DNA from: Rhizobacter sp.
GTDB taxonomy: Bacteria; Pseudomonadota; Gammaproteobacteria; Burkholderiales; Burkholderiaceae_C
DNA length: 64,000 bases
Direction of reading: 5' to 3'
Assembly: GCA_031385155.1 (NCBI GenBank)
Contig: JANNBF010000085.1
Location: 25,949-89,948 of the forward strand
Shown here one piece after another: positions 1-9,511 of the stretch. Numbering within the stretch: position 1 is the first letter of the stretch; the number at the start of each line of letters is the position of its first letter. Made by a program: the position numbers and the translations under genes. Under the pieces are notes generated by a model, which was not told the origin of the DNA, did not search any database, and saw nothing but the letters and a program-made list of their open reading frames with translations.

Positions 1-983
1 GCGTTGGTCAACGCGTCTTCGCTGTCGTCGGCCAGCCCGCCCGCGACCCAGTAGACCGATTCGGCCGTGTCGGGCAACTGGCAGCGCCACACGGCCATCT
101 TCATGCCGTGCTCGACCACGTCACTGTTCAGCGCCACGGCCAGCGGCGCGGTGCTGGCGGGGTCGGCATCGAACGGGAATGACGCGTCGACGAACGCGCC
201 GAGCCGGCCCGCCACATCGGCATCGACCCACAGCGATGCCGACAGGTCGAGCACGCGCTCGCAATTCTCATTGTTCAGCGCCGTGCCGCGCAAGGCCTTG
301 GTCATGCCGGCCAGCGTCTTGAGCTGGCCGAGCTGGCCGCGTGCAATGGCGCGCGCGATCACACGGGCGCGCTGCGTGCCGCGCTCGGTGCTGGCGAACC
401 ACGCCACCACCTCGCCGAGCCAGTGCTCGCAGACCTGCTCCAGCGCCTGGGTGTTCTGGGTCAGCGCGATGCGGTTGGCGAGCTCGTTCTGCAGCCGGTC
501 GAGCGGCGTCACATCGGGCACGTCGATGTCCGCGAGCTTGGTCTTGACCCACGCCGCCACATCGGCCGGCAGCGTGCCGGGGGCGAAGGCCTGTTGGGCA
601 TCGAGCCCGAGCGCGTTGAACGCGGGCAGCGCCTGCACATCGGCCATGGTGGTGTCGGGCATCACGACGCAGAAGAACGGGAAGGCCGCCTTCTCGCGCG
701 CCTTGCGGTACGACAGGATGGTCGCCTCCTTGAGCACCCAGGGCCGCGTCAACGCGCGCTTCGAGAGCACCAGCACCGCCGCCTGGCACTCGGCCAGAAA
801 GTCATGCAGGATGCCCGGCCAGTCGTCGCCTGGCTTCAGGCGGGTGTCGTCGAGCAGCACCAGGTGTGCCGGCGCACCGGGCACGCCGGGCACGCCGGCA
901 GCCAACTCTCGGGCCAGCGCCCTCAGGAACGCCAGGTCGCAAGCGTCGTCCTTGTTCGTGCCATGGCTGATGAAGATGCGCAT
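1..983 (-). CDS. TIR-domain protein (TIR_2-like N-terminus), 3' end runs off the window
   Basis: Translated by hand from ATG at 983 (not in the ORF track because it is edge-truncated): MRIFISHGTNKDD...VLLDDTRLKPGDDWPGILHDFLAECQAAVLVLSKRALTRPWVLKEATIL. This is the classic bacterial TIR pattern (IFISH, PGDDW, VLVLS, WVxxE). The frame is open to position 1 with GC-rich third positions. Confidence 0.85.
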   Translation of the reverse strand, partial: MRIFISHGTNKDDACDLAFLRALARELAAGVPGVPGAPAHLVLLDDTRLKPGDDWPGILHDFLAECQAAVLVLSKRALTRPWVLKEATILSYRKAREKAAFPFFCVVMPDTTMADVQALPAFNALGLDAQQAFAPGTLPADVAAWVKTKLADIDVPDVTPLDRLQNELANRIALTQNTQALEQVCEHWLGEVVAWFASTERGTQRARVIARAIARGQLGQLKTLAGMTKALRGTALNNENCERVLDLSASLWVDADVAGRLGAFVDASFPFDADPASTAPLAVALNSDVVEHGMKMAVWRCQLPDTAESVYWVAGGLADDSEDALTN

Positions 984-1120
984 CGGTGGCTGTGGGCGTG
1001 GCCGGCCCAGTGGGGCAGGCTCGCACCACGATAGCCGATGCCGCAGGGCGCCTCAAGGGCGCTTCACGGGCGGCCATCAGCGGGCATGCCCGGGCATGCC
1101 CTGGCGGTAACGCCGATGAA

Positions 1121-1405
1121 TCAGCCGCGCACGCTGTTGATGCGGTAGCTCGCCGCCTGCGCCGCCGGTGCCTGCCGCTCGGCGCGCGTGGCCACGACGT
1201 ACCTGTCGGCTGCGTCCGTCGGGTCGAGATCGGCGCAGTACGGAAACGCGAGGATCGCGCGTTGCAGTGCGGCCTCGACCCGCATCGACGGCAGCAGCTC
1301 CAGCAAGCGAATGCAGTAGCGCGCGATCCAGGGGTGCGATGCGCGCGGCAGGGTTCGCGCCGCAACGGGTGCTGCGGTCGGTGCGCGCATGTAAACGGAA
1401 GCCAT
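1121..1405 (-). CDS. small hypothetical protein (~94 aa)
   Basis: C-terminal part of ORF 1121..1600, from ATG 1405 (MASVYMRAP...WIARYCIRLLELLPSMRVEAALQRAILAFPYCADLDPTDAADRYV). Helical, protein-like composition; co-oriented with the TIR gene. Confidence 0.55.
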   Translation of the reverse strand: MASVYMRAPTAAPVAARTLPRASHPWIARYCIRLLELLPSMRVEAALQRAILAFPYCADLDPTDAADRYVVATRAERQAPAAQAASYRINSVRG

Positions 1406-1494
1406 AACCCAGTGTCGGCCTGCAGGGGGTGCGCGGGCTGTAGGAAGGTGGCTCGACCGCACGTGGGCATGCAGCCGAAGTTGTGCAGCGTGAC

Positions 1495-1533
1495 TTGAAC
1501 GGCGAGTTGAACGGCGAGTTGAACGGCGAGTTG
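1495..1533. repeat. 12-bp tandem repeat (TTGAACGGCGAG)x3
   Basis: Three perfect copies plus TTG, in a divergent intergenic region. Confidence 0.9.
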
Positions 1534-1698
1534 CGCCGTGATGCAAGACGTGAAGCCCGGTAAGCAGCCGCGTCGCGGGGCGGTGAATTCCGACACGCAA
1601 CGCCGCCGCTGCCTTACGAAGTCAGGCTCGGCTTGACTATGGGCGCGCGGGTGTGGCACTTCTAGAGTCGTGCTCACCTTCAGCCACTCGGGACCCCC

Positions 1699-2463
1699 AT
1701 GAAACTCATTCGACCCTTCCTCGGCTTCGTTGCGTCGTCACTCGTGCTCGCGACACTCGCGGCCTGCGGTGGCAGTGACACCGCCGACCGTCTCGACCTG
1801 GCCAACCCGGCGCTGCGCCTCGTTCATGCATCACCGCTCGCGCCGAACGTGACGCTGACCCGCGCCGGCGTGGCGCAGGCCGACGAGACCAACGTGCCCT
1901 ACGGTTTTGCGTCGAACTACTTCGACATCGACACCGGCGCTGCCGACTGGGTGGTCAAAACCGCCGTGGGCGGCGTACCGGTCGGCACCTCCCCGATCGA
2001 CCCGCTGCGCGGCACCCGGTACACCATCGTCGCGCTGCCCACATCGGCCACCGAGACCGGCACGCTGCTCATTGCCGACCCGTACAACAAGCCGCTCGCC
2101 AGCGACAGCAGCCGCGTGCGCGTGGTCAACGGCTCGTACAACGCGGCGAACGTCGACGTCTACATGAATGCTGCGGGCACCGACATCACGCCCGTCGGTG
2201 TGACCCCGCTGATCTCGGCCACGGCGTTCCGAACGGCCGGGCCGGCCTCGAACAACGACTCGGTGGCCATCCCCGGCGGCGCCTACCAGCTCAGCATCAC
2301 GGCAGCGGGCACGAAGACGGTGCTGTTCCGCGGCACGCTGAGCTTCACACCGAACCGTGACGTGCTGCTGGTGACCGTGCCGAACGCGGCGCTGCCCACG
2401 GGCATCAAGGTGCTCGTGAAGATCGAAGGCACGGCCGGCCTGACCGAGGTTGCCGCGTCGTAG
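1699..2463 (+). CDS. DUF4397-family lipoprotein
   Basis: Lipobox LAAC-GG; repeated modules LRLVHASPLAPNV and RVRVVNGSYNAANVDVY typical of DUF4397. Confidence 0.8.
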   Translation: MKLIRPFLGFVASSLVLATLAACGGSDTADRLDLANPALRLVHASPLAPNVTLTRAGVAQADETNVPYGFASNYFDIDTGAADWVVKTAVGGVPVGTSPIDPLRGTRYTIVALPTSATETGTLLIADPYNKPLASDSSRVRVVNGSYNAANVDVYMNAAGTDITPVGVTPLISATAFRTAGPASNNDSVAIPGGAYQLSITAAGTKTVLFRGTLSFTPNRDVLLVTVPNAALPTGIKVLVKIEGTAGLTEVAAS

Positions 2464-2540
2464 CGGTGGCGACGGGGGCGGCAATGGCGTGACGGCGCCG
2501 CGCCAGCGGTGCGCGGTCTGGCGCGTGGGATCATCAGGAG

Positions 2541-3830
2541 ATGACCCCGCAGCAACCCCGCAGCCGCCGCAGCCGATGGCGCTTTCCGTCATTTCTGCGC
2601 CACGTCGGCCCGGGGGTGGTCACAGGCGCAGCCGATGACGACCCGTCCGGCATCGCGACCTACACCCAGGCCGGTGCGCAGTTCGGCACCGGCGTGCTAT
2701 GGACGGTGTTCCTGACGCTGCCATTCATGGTCGCGATCCAACTCGTCAGCGCGCGCATCGGGCGCCAGTCGGGCCGGGGCATCGCGGCCAACCTGAAGCG
2801 GCATGCGCCGGGCTGGTTTCTGTATGCCGTCGTGGCGCTGCTGCTCGTGGCGAACACGATCAACATCGCGGCCGACATCGCCGCCATGGGCGAGGCGCTG
2901 CAACTCATCGTCGGCGGCGGCGCGCACTTCCACGCGGTGGCGTTCGGGGTGCTGACGCTGCTGCTGCAGGTGTTCGTGCCGTACCGCCAACTCGCGCCCA
3001 TCCTGAAATGGCTCACGCTGACGCTGTTCGTCTACGTGGCAGCGGCGTTCAGCGTGAACATCCCGTGGGCGCAGGTGCTGCACGACCTGGTGGTGCCGCG
3101 CATCAAGGCCGACCCGGCGTTCTGGATGATGATCGTCGCGATCCTCGGCACCACGATCTCGCCCTACCTGTTCTTCTGGCAGGCCTCGCAGGAGGTCGAA
3201 GAGTTGCGGCTGCGCGGCCACAGCGCCGGCGTCGAGACGCGTGAGGCGCTGAAGCGCGCAAAGCGCCGAATGCGGCTCGACACCGTGATCGGCATGGTGT
3301 TCTCGAACGGCATTGCGTTCTTCGTGATGCTGATGGGCGCGGTGGTGCTGCATGCCGGTGGCGTGACCGACGTGCAAAGCGCATCTCAAGCCGCGCAGGC
3401 GCTGCGGCCGCTGGCGGGCGACTTCGCGTTCGCGCTGTTCTCGTTCGGCATCATCGCGACCGGCCTGCTGGCGGTACCGGTGCTGGCTTCGTCGGCGGCC
3501 TACGCGGTGGCCGAGGCCTTCGGCTGGGTCGACGGCCTGGAGCACCAGTGGCGCCAGGCCAAGGGCTTCTACGCGATCATCGCGGTGGCCACGGTCGTTG
3601 GCACCGGCCTGGACTTCACGCCCATCGACCCGATGAAAGCGCTCTACTGGAGTGCGGTGGTCAACGGCGTGGTGGCCGTGCCCATCATGGCCGCGATGAT
3701 GCTGCTCGCCGGCAACACTGAAGTCATGGGCGCGTTGCCGGTGCGCCGCAAGACGCGTGTGCTGGGCTGGGGCGCGGTGGTGCTGATGGCCGCTGCGGTG
3801 GCGATGATGCTGCGCGACCTGTTCCGCTGA
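2541..3830 (+). CDS. NRAMP-family divalent metal cation transporter
   Basis: GPGVVTGAADDDPSGIATYTQAGAQFG and GTTISPYLFFWQ motifs; many TM helices; AGGAG RBS upstream. Confidence 0.9.
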   Translation: MTPQQPRSRRSRWRFPSFLRHVGPGVVTGAADDDPSGIATYTQAGAQFGTGVLWTVFLTLPFMVAIQLVSARIGRQSGRGIAANLKRHAPGWFLYAVVALLLVANTINIAADIAAMGEALQLIVGGGAHFHAVAFGVLTLLLQVFVPYRQLAPILKWLTLTLFVYVAAAFSVNIPWAQVLHDLVVPRIKADPAFWMMIVAILGTTISPYLFFWQASQEVEELRLRGHSAGVETREALKRAKRRMRLDTVIGMVFSNGIAFFVMLMGAVVLHAGGVTDVQSASQAAQALRPLAGDFAFALFSFGIIATGLLAVPVLASSAAYAVAEAFGWVDGLEHQWRQAKGFYAIIAVATVVGTGLDFTPIDPMKALYWSAVVNGVVAVPIMAAMMLLAGNTEVMGALPVRRKTRVLGWGAVVLMAAAVAMMLRDLFR

Positions 3831-3963
3831 CTGCGTGGCGCTGCACGCCGCTGTAGGCGGCGGCGCACATGTGACTGGGCTTGCCTCTGGTAACACCGTC
3901 AGGCGGGCGCTGGCGTTTGCGGTGGCGTTTTATCGTCATGATGGTTGTTTTGCAGGAGGCCTC

Positions 3964-4704
3964 ATGCCCACAACCATCAATACCTCGTCTCCGTCGACTG
4001 CTGCCACCGGCCTCGGCCACGTGCCGCGCGCCGTGTGGGTGGGTGGCGGTGCGCTGGCGCTTGTCACGGCCGGCATGGCCGGCGCGCTGATCGGCAAGTC
4101 CGCACCGCCGGCCGCGAGCCTGCCCGCGCCCGTGGCGATGACGGCGCCATCGACGCCGCCGGGCCACATGGCTTACGCGCCGGTGCTCCAAGACGGCGTG
4201 CCAACCCCGACGAACACGATTGCACCCACGACACCGACGGTCGCGCCGGTGCCTGCAACGGCCAAGGCCGCAAACCCCGCCCCGGCACCTGCACGCGCCG
4301 CCACAGGCACACGCCATGCCGATGCGCGGCAGACGAGCCACGCGGCAGCATGCGTGTCATGCGGCACGGTCGAAGCAAGCGAGCCGGTGCGCGTCAAGGG
4401 CCAGGGCACGGGTCTCGGTGCGGTCGCCGGCGGCGTGCTCGGCGGCGTGGTCGGCCACCAAGTCGGCGGCGGTAACGGCAAGACCGCCATGACCGTGCTG
4501 GGCGCGCTCGGCGGCGGGCTGGCCGGCAACGAGGTCGAACGCCGCACGCGCGGCGAGACGCTCTACGACGTCCGCGTCCGCATGCAGGACGGCTCGCACC
4601 GCAGCATCCGCCAGGGGCAGGCACTGGCGGTGGGCTCTTCGGTGGTGGTCGAGGGCGGGCACGTTCGGCTGGCACGCAGCCGCACCGGTGACGGCGCCAG
4701 CTGA
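3964..4704 (+). CDS. glycine zipper 2TM domain outer-membrane protein
   Basis: ATG 3964 after CAGGAGG; CxxCG then GLGAVAGGVLGGVVGHQVGGGNGKTAMTVLGALGGGLAGNEVE. Confidence 0.85.
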   Translation: MPTTINTSSPSTAATGLGHVPRAVWVGGGALALVTAGMAGALIGKSAPPAASLPAPVAMTAPSTPPGHMAYAPVLQDGVPTPTNTIAPTTPTVAPVPATAKAANPAPAPARAATGTRHADARQTSHAAACVSCGTVEASEPVRVKGQGTGLGAVAGGVLGGVVGHQVGGGNGKTAMTVLGALGGGLAGNEVERRTRGETLYDVRVRMQDGSHRSIRQGQALAVGSSVVVEGGHVRLARSRTGDGAS

Positions 4705-4853
4705 CCGCGCGGTTTCATTGCAGGCGCGCCCGAGCGCCTCGCTGCCGGGTGATTCAATAGCGCAACCGACCCCCCGTGCACCGCGCCGGGGCGGCACCGT
4801 GCTTGCATGCAAACCGGCTCGCACGCCGCGCATGCACCTTCCGGAGGAACCCG

Positions 4854-5192
4854 ATGAACGACATCTCGATCCAGCTGGTACGGGAAACGCTCGATCTGGT
4901 CGAACCGATCGCGCCGCAGGCGACTGCGTTGTTCTATGCGAACCTGTTCGCGGCCGACCCGTCGCTGGCCACGCTCTTCAAGGGCGACATGATGGTGCAG
5001 GGCCACCGGCTGACGCAGATGCTCGCGCCGGCCGTCAGCAAGCTCGACGAGCCCGAGGTCGGTGCCGCCCTGCTCACCACGCTGGGCCAAGGCCCGGGCG
5101 TGGCCTACACGCCCGAGGTGGACGAAGCCTGGACCGAGGTCTACGGCGTGATCGCCTCGACGATGAAGGCCGCCGCGAAGCTGCCGGCGTGA
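4854..5192 (+). CDS. single-domain (flavohemoglobin-like) globin with an in-frame deletion of the F helix; possibly non-functional
   Basis: ATG 4854 after GGAGG; ALFYANLFAADPSLATLFKGDMMVQG and AWTEVYGVIASTM match Vgb-like globins. The segment that normally carries proximal His F8, between LDEPEV and GAALL, is absent. Confidence 0.75.
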   Translation: MNDISIQLVRETLDLVEPIAPQATALFYANLFAADPSLATLFKGDMMVQGHRLTQMLAPAVSKLDEPEVGAALLTTLGQGPGVAYTPEVDEAWTEVYGVIASTMKAAAKLPA

Positions 5193-5246
5193 TGCCACCC
5201 GAGACGCCGAACAAGATCGCCCGCGTGACGCAGCCGTGATGCCGAA

Positions 5247-5729
5247 CTACGCGTTGTAGGTGGCTTGAACCCGCGCCGAGCGGTTCAGGTACGCGAAGCA
5301 CACGGTGAAGAACACAAGGCCTGGCAGCAAGGTGCTCAGCAGGTCGCCGCGCAGCGCCCAGCCCGATTCCGCCACCGCCACCGGTGCCATGGCGGTGCGC
5401 ATTGCGGCCGAGACCACGTCCACCGCCAGCCCGAAGAGCAGCGCGTTCTTGGCCGCAGCCACCGCGCCGGGCCGCACCCGCCAAAGCAGCAGGCCCGCAT
5501 GCATGCCGTAGGCAACCGCCGCGCTCGTCAGCACCAAGGTACTGAAGAACCCCACCAGCACGCGCCGCGAGCCCGCGAAGTCAGGCGCTGCGGCGGCGTA
5601 TTCCCCGGCCATCAGCCATGCCGATATCACCGGGCCGACCACCGTCATCACCGCACACAGCGCCAACAACCAGCCGCGCACGCCCCGCAGCGCGGGGCTC
5701 TGAAAAGAGGTGATGGGGTTCATCGGCAT
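5247..5729 (-). CDS. DUF2569-like membrane protein
   Basis: GVRGWLL at the N-terminus, about four TM segments, YLNRSARVQATY at the C-terminus. Confidence 0.65.
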   Translation of the reverse strand: MPMNPITSFQSPALRGVRGWLLALCAVMTVVGPVISAWLMAGEYAAAAPDFAGSRRVLVGFFSTLVLTSAAVAYGMHAGLLLWRVRPGAVAAAKNALLFGLAVDVVSAAMRTAMAPVAVAESGWALRGDLLSTLLPGLVFFTVCFAYLNRSARVQATYNA

Positions 5730-5873
5730 TCCTGAGGCTGGGGCTGGGGGTGCGCCGCCAACGAAGCGCCGCTGCGCCGCAGTATGGCAAGGCCCACGGG
5801 CCGCGCAGTGGCGTTTGCGACCGGCTGCGCCGCGCGGGCGACGAACTGCGCGTCAGGACGCTGAAACAGGCGC

Positions 5874-6353
5874 TCAGGCAGGCACGAACTTCAGCGCCAC
5901 GCCGTTGTTGCAGTAACGCTTGCCGGTCGGCGCCGGGCCGTCGTCGAACACGTGGCCGTGGTGCCCGGAGCAGCGCGCGCAGTGGTATTCGGTGCGCGGC
6001 AGGATGAGCTTGTAGTCGGTGCTCGTCAGCACCGCGCCGGCAATGTGCGTGAAGAAGCTCGGCCAGCCAGTGCCGCTGTCGAACTTGGTGCTCGACTCGA
6101 ACAGCGGCAGGTCGCAGCCGACGCAATGGAAGCGGCCGCGGCGCTTCTCGTCGTTGAGCGGGCTGGTGCCGGCGCGCTCGGTGCCCTCACGGCGCAGCAC
6201 GTCGTATTGCGCCGGGGTGAGCCGCTTCTTCCATTCGGCATCGGGCAGGTTGAGCGGCACCACGGCGCCGGCCGCTGCCGGGCCCTGGGCCAGGGAAGGC
6301 TTGGGCGCGAAGCCGAGGGCCGAGAGGAACGCGAGCAGGTTGCGGCGGGTCAT
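5874..6353 (-). CDS. msrB: peptide-methionine (R)-S-oxide reductase with twin-arginine signal
   Basis: GTERAGTSPL, CVGC, KFDSGTGWPSF, RTEYHCARC, GHVFDDGPAPTGKRYCNNG; N-terminal MTRRNLL. Confidence 0.93.
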   Translation of the reverse strand: MTRRNLLAFLSALGFAPKPSLAQGPAAAGAVVPLNLPDAEWKKRLTPAQYDVLRREGTERAGTSPLNDEKRRGRFHCVGCDLPLFESSTKFDSGTGWPSFFTHIAGAVLTSTDYKLILPRTEYHCARCSGHHGHVFDDGPAPTGKRYCNNGVALKFVPA

Positions 6354-6515
6354 TGGGGCTTCTCCTTGGGGGCACGAACCGATTGGTCGCGCGAGGTGGC
6401 CGATTCTTTCGCATGGCGCCGATGCGACTAAAGTTGCCGCTCGCAAGACCCTGCGGCGCTGACGGCTCTTCGCGTCACGCCGACCATGTCACGGACCGTG
6501 CCGAAAGCCCCACCC

Positions 6516-7496
6516 ATGTTCAACGCCCTCGTGCTCGACAAGACCCCCGACTTCCAGGCCAGCGTGCGCGCGGTCGAAGATGACTTTCTGCCCGAAGGCG
6601 ACGTCACGATCCAAGTGGACTATTCCACTTTGAACTACAAGGACGGCCTGGCCATCACCAACCGCTCGCCGGTGGTGCGCAGCTGGCCGATGGTGGCCGG
6701 CATCGACGGCTCAGGCACCGTCACGGCCAGCACGCACGCGGCCTGGAACGTGGGCGACGCAGTGGTGCTGAACGGCTTCGGCGTCGGTGAAACCCACAAG
6801 GGCTGCCTGGCCCAGCGGGCGCGCCTGAAGGGCGACTGGCTGGTGCGCAGGCCGGCTGCCTTCACTGCCCGCCAAGCCATGGCCATCGGCACCGCCGGCT
6901 ACACCGCGATGCTGTGCGTGCTGGCCCTCGAGAAGCACGGCGCGAGCCCGGGCGCTGGCGACGTGCTCGTGACCGGCGCGACCGGCGGCGTGGGCTCGGT
7001 GGCTGTCGCGCTGCTCGCGAAGCTCGGCTACCGCGTGGTCGCGGCCACCGGCAAGGCAGCGGAAGCGGGCTACCTGACAGCGCTCGGCGCGGCCACGGTC
7101 ATCGACCGCGCCGAGCTCGGCGCATCCGGCAAGCCGCTGCAAAAGGAGCGCTGGGCCGCCGTCGTCGACGCGGTCGGCAGCCACACGCTCGCCAACGCCT
7201 GCGCGCAAACGCGCTACGGCGGCGCAGTGGCGGCGTGCGGGCTGGCCCAGGGCATCGACCTGCCCGCGACCGTGATGCCCTTCATCCTGCGCGGCGTGGC
7301 ATTGCTGGGTGTTGACAGCGTGATGGCACCGATGCGCCTGCGCGAACAGGCGTGGGCGCGCCTGGCCACCGACCTGGACCCTGCCCTGCTGGAAGCCATC
7401 ACCACCGAGGTGCCGCTGTCGGGCGCCATCGCGGCTGCGGCACAGCTGATGGCCGGTCAGGTTCGCGGAAGGCTGGTTGTCGACACTGGCTGCTGA
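6516..7496 (+). CDS. acuI: acryloyl-CoA reductase, YhdH/AcuI family MDR oxidoreductase
   Basis: YSTLNYKDGLA, AMAIGTAGYTAML, VTGATGGVGS, PFILRGVALLGVDSV. Confidence 0.88.
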   Translation: MFNALVLDKTPDFQASVRAVEDDFLPEGDVTIQVDYSTLNYKDGLAITNRSPVVRSWPMVAGIDGSGTVTASTHAAWNVGDAVVLNGFGVGETHKGCLAQRARLKGDWLVRRPAAFTARQAMAIGTAGYTAMLCVLALEKHGASPGAGDVLVTGATGGVGSVAVALLAKLGYRVVAATGKAAEAGYLTALGAATVIDRAELGASGKPLQKERWAAVVDAVGSHTLANACAQTRYGGAVAACGLAQGIDLPATVMPFILRGVALLGVDSVMAPMRLREQAWARLATDLDPALLEAITTEVPLSGAIAAAAQLMAGQVRGRLVVDTGC

Positions 7497-7534
7497 CCAC
7501 AACGCGCTGGGCCTACGGCGCACGGAGACTCGCC

Positions 7535-9475
7535 ATGAACCAAGCCACCCAAGTCACCCAAGTCACCCAAGTCACGCCAGCCAAAAGTTACGCCGACTTC
7601 TACCAAAGGTCGATCACCGACCGCGACGCCTTCTGGGCCGAGCAGGCGCAACTGATCGACTGGCACACGCCGTTCGAGCAGGTCTGCGACGCGAGCAACC
7701 CGCCGTTCGCGAAGTGGTTCGTCGGCGGCCGGACCAACCTGTGCCACAACGCCGTCGACCGGCATCTGGCAACTCGGCCTGAGCAACGCGCGTTGATCGC
7801 TGTCTCGACCGAGACCAACACCGAGCGCGTCTACAGCTTCGCCGAATTGCACAGCGAAGTCGTGCGCATGGCGGCCATCCTGCAAGACCTGGGCGTGAAT
7901 CAAGGCGACCGCGTGCTCGTCTACATGCCGATGATTGCGCAGGCCGTGTTCACGATGCTGGCGTGCGCGCGCATCGGTGCGATCCACTCGGTCGTGTTCG
8001 GCGGCTTCGCGAGCGTGAGCCTTGCGAACCGCATCGACGATGCCGAGCCCGCGCTGATCGTCACCGCCGATGCCGGCAGCCGGGCCGGCAAGGTGCTGGC
8101 CTACAAGCCGCTGCTCGACGAGGCCATGCGGCTGGCCACCCACAAGACGCCGAAAGTGCTGCTCGTGGACCGGGGCCTGGCGCCCGCGCCGATGCAAACC
8201 GGCCGCGACGAGCTCTATGCGCCGCTGCGCGAGAAGCACATGGATGCCGACGTGCCCTGCGTCTGGTTGGAGGCCAACACGCCGAGCTACACGCTCTACA
8301 CCAGCGGCACCACCGGCACGCCCAAGGGCCTGCAGCGCGACACCGGCGGCTACGCGGTGGCGCTGGCCGCGAGCATGAAGCACATCTTCGACGGCCGCGC
8401 CGGCGAGACCTACTTCTCGACCAGCGACATCGGCTGGGTGGTCGGCCACAGCTACATCGTCTACGGCCCGCTCATCGCCGGCATGGCGACCATCCTCTAC
8501 GAAGGCATGCCGACAAGGCCCGATGCGGCCGTGTGGTGGAGCCTGGTCGAGAAGTACCAGGTCACGGTGATGTTCAGCGCGCCGACGGCCGTGCGCGTGC
8601 TCAAGACGCAAGACCCGACTGCCTTGACGCGCCACGACCTGAGTTCGCTGCGCGCGCTCTTCCTCGCCGGCGAGCCGCTCGACGAACCCACGGCGCAGTG
8701 GATCGCACAGGCGCTCGGCAAACCCATCATCGACAACTACTGGCAAACCGAAAGCGGCTGGCCGATCCTGACCATCGCCAACGGCGTGGCGCCGCAAGCC
8801 AGCAAGTTCGGCAGCCCCGGTGTGGCGATGTACGGCTACAACGTGAAGCTGATCGACGAGGCCACGGGCGCCGAGCTGACGGGGGTGAACGAGAAGGGCC
8901 TGCTCGCCATCGAAGGCCCGCTGCCGCCGGGCTGCGCGCAGACCATCTGGCGCGACGACGCGCGCTTCGTTCGCACGTACTGGAACAGCGTGCCCGGCCG
9001 GCAGATCTACAGCACCTTCGACTGGGCCGTGCGTGATGCCGATGGCTATTACTTCATCCTCGGCCGCACCGATGACGTGATCAACGTCGCCGGCCACCGC
9101 CTGGGCACGCGCGAGATCGAAGAGAGCATTGCCAGCCACCCGAGCGTGGCCGAAGTGGCCGTGGTGGGCGTGGCCGATCAATTGCGCGGGCAGGTGGCGA
9201 TGGCCTTCGTCGTGCCGCGCAGCCCAGCGCTGGTGGCTGATGAGCCGATGCGCCTGGCGCTCGAAGGCGCGATCATGAAGCGCGTCGACGAACAGCTCGG
9301 CGCGGTGGCGCGGCCGTCGCGTGTGCGCTTTGTCAGCGTGCTGCCGAAAACGCGCTCTGGCAAGCTGCTGCGCCGCGCCATCCAGGCGGTGTGCGAGGCG
9401 CGCGACCCGGGCGACCTGACCACCATCGAAGACCCGACAGCGCTGCAGCAGATCCGCGATCTGATGGCGCGCTGA
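7535..9475 (+). CDS. prpE: propionate--CoA ligase
   Basis: YTSGTTGTPKG, SDIGWVVGHSYIVYGPL, DNYWQTESGWP, GRTDDVINVAGHRLGTREIEE, LPKTRSGKLLRR; ATG 7535 after GGAG. Confidence 0.9.
   Translation: MNQATQVTQVTQVTPAKSYADFYQRSITDRDAFWAEQAQLIDWHTPFEQVCDASNPPFAKWFVGGRTNLCHNAVDRHLATRPEQRALIAVSTETNTERVYSFAELHSEVVRMAAILQDLGVNQGDRVLVYMPMIAQAVFTMLACARIGAIHSVVFGGFASVSLANRIDDAEPALIVTADAGSRAGKVLAYKPLLDEAMRLATHKTPKVLLVDRGLAPAPMQTGRDELYAPLREKHMDADVPCVWLEANTPSYTLYTSGTTGTPKGLQRDTGGYAVALAASMKHIFDGRAGETYFSTSDIGWVVGHSYIVYGPLIAGMATILYEGMPTRPDAAVWWSLVEKYQVTVMFSAPTAVRVLKTQDPTALTRHDLSSLRALFLAGEPLDEPTAQWIAQALGKPIIDNYWQTESGWPILTIANGVAPQASKFGSPGVAMYGYNVKLIDEATGAELTGVNEKGLLAIEGPLPPGCAQTIWRDDARFVRTYWNSVPGRQIYSTFDWAVRDADGYYFILGRTDDVINVAGHRLGTREIEESIASHPSVAEVAVVGVADQLRGQVAMAFVVPRSPALVADEPMRLALEGAIMKRVDEQLGAVARPSRVRFVSVLPKTRSGKLLRRAIQAVCEARDPGDLTTIEDPTALQQIRDLMAR
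7541..7576 (+). repeat. 9-bp in-frame tandem repeat (CAAGTCACC)x~4 at the prpE N-terminus
   Basis: caagccacc caagtcacc caagtcacc caagtcacg, encoding QAT QVT QVT QVT. Confidence 0.85.
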
Positions 9476-9511
9476 CGAGCCCGAGGCCGGTATCCGCCAA
9501 GCACGAGCACG

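Noticed and set aside
1495-1533. Short repeats here and at 10474-10585 as CRISPR arrays
   Set aside because: Units are 7-12 bp, there are no unique spacers of CRISPR length, and no cas genes are present.
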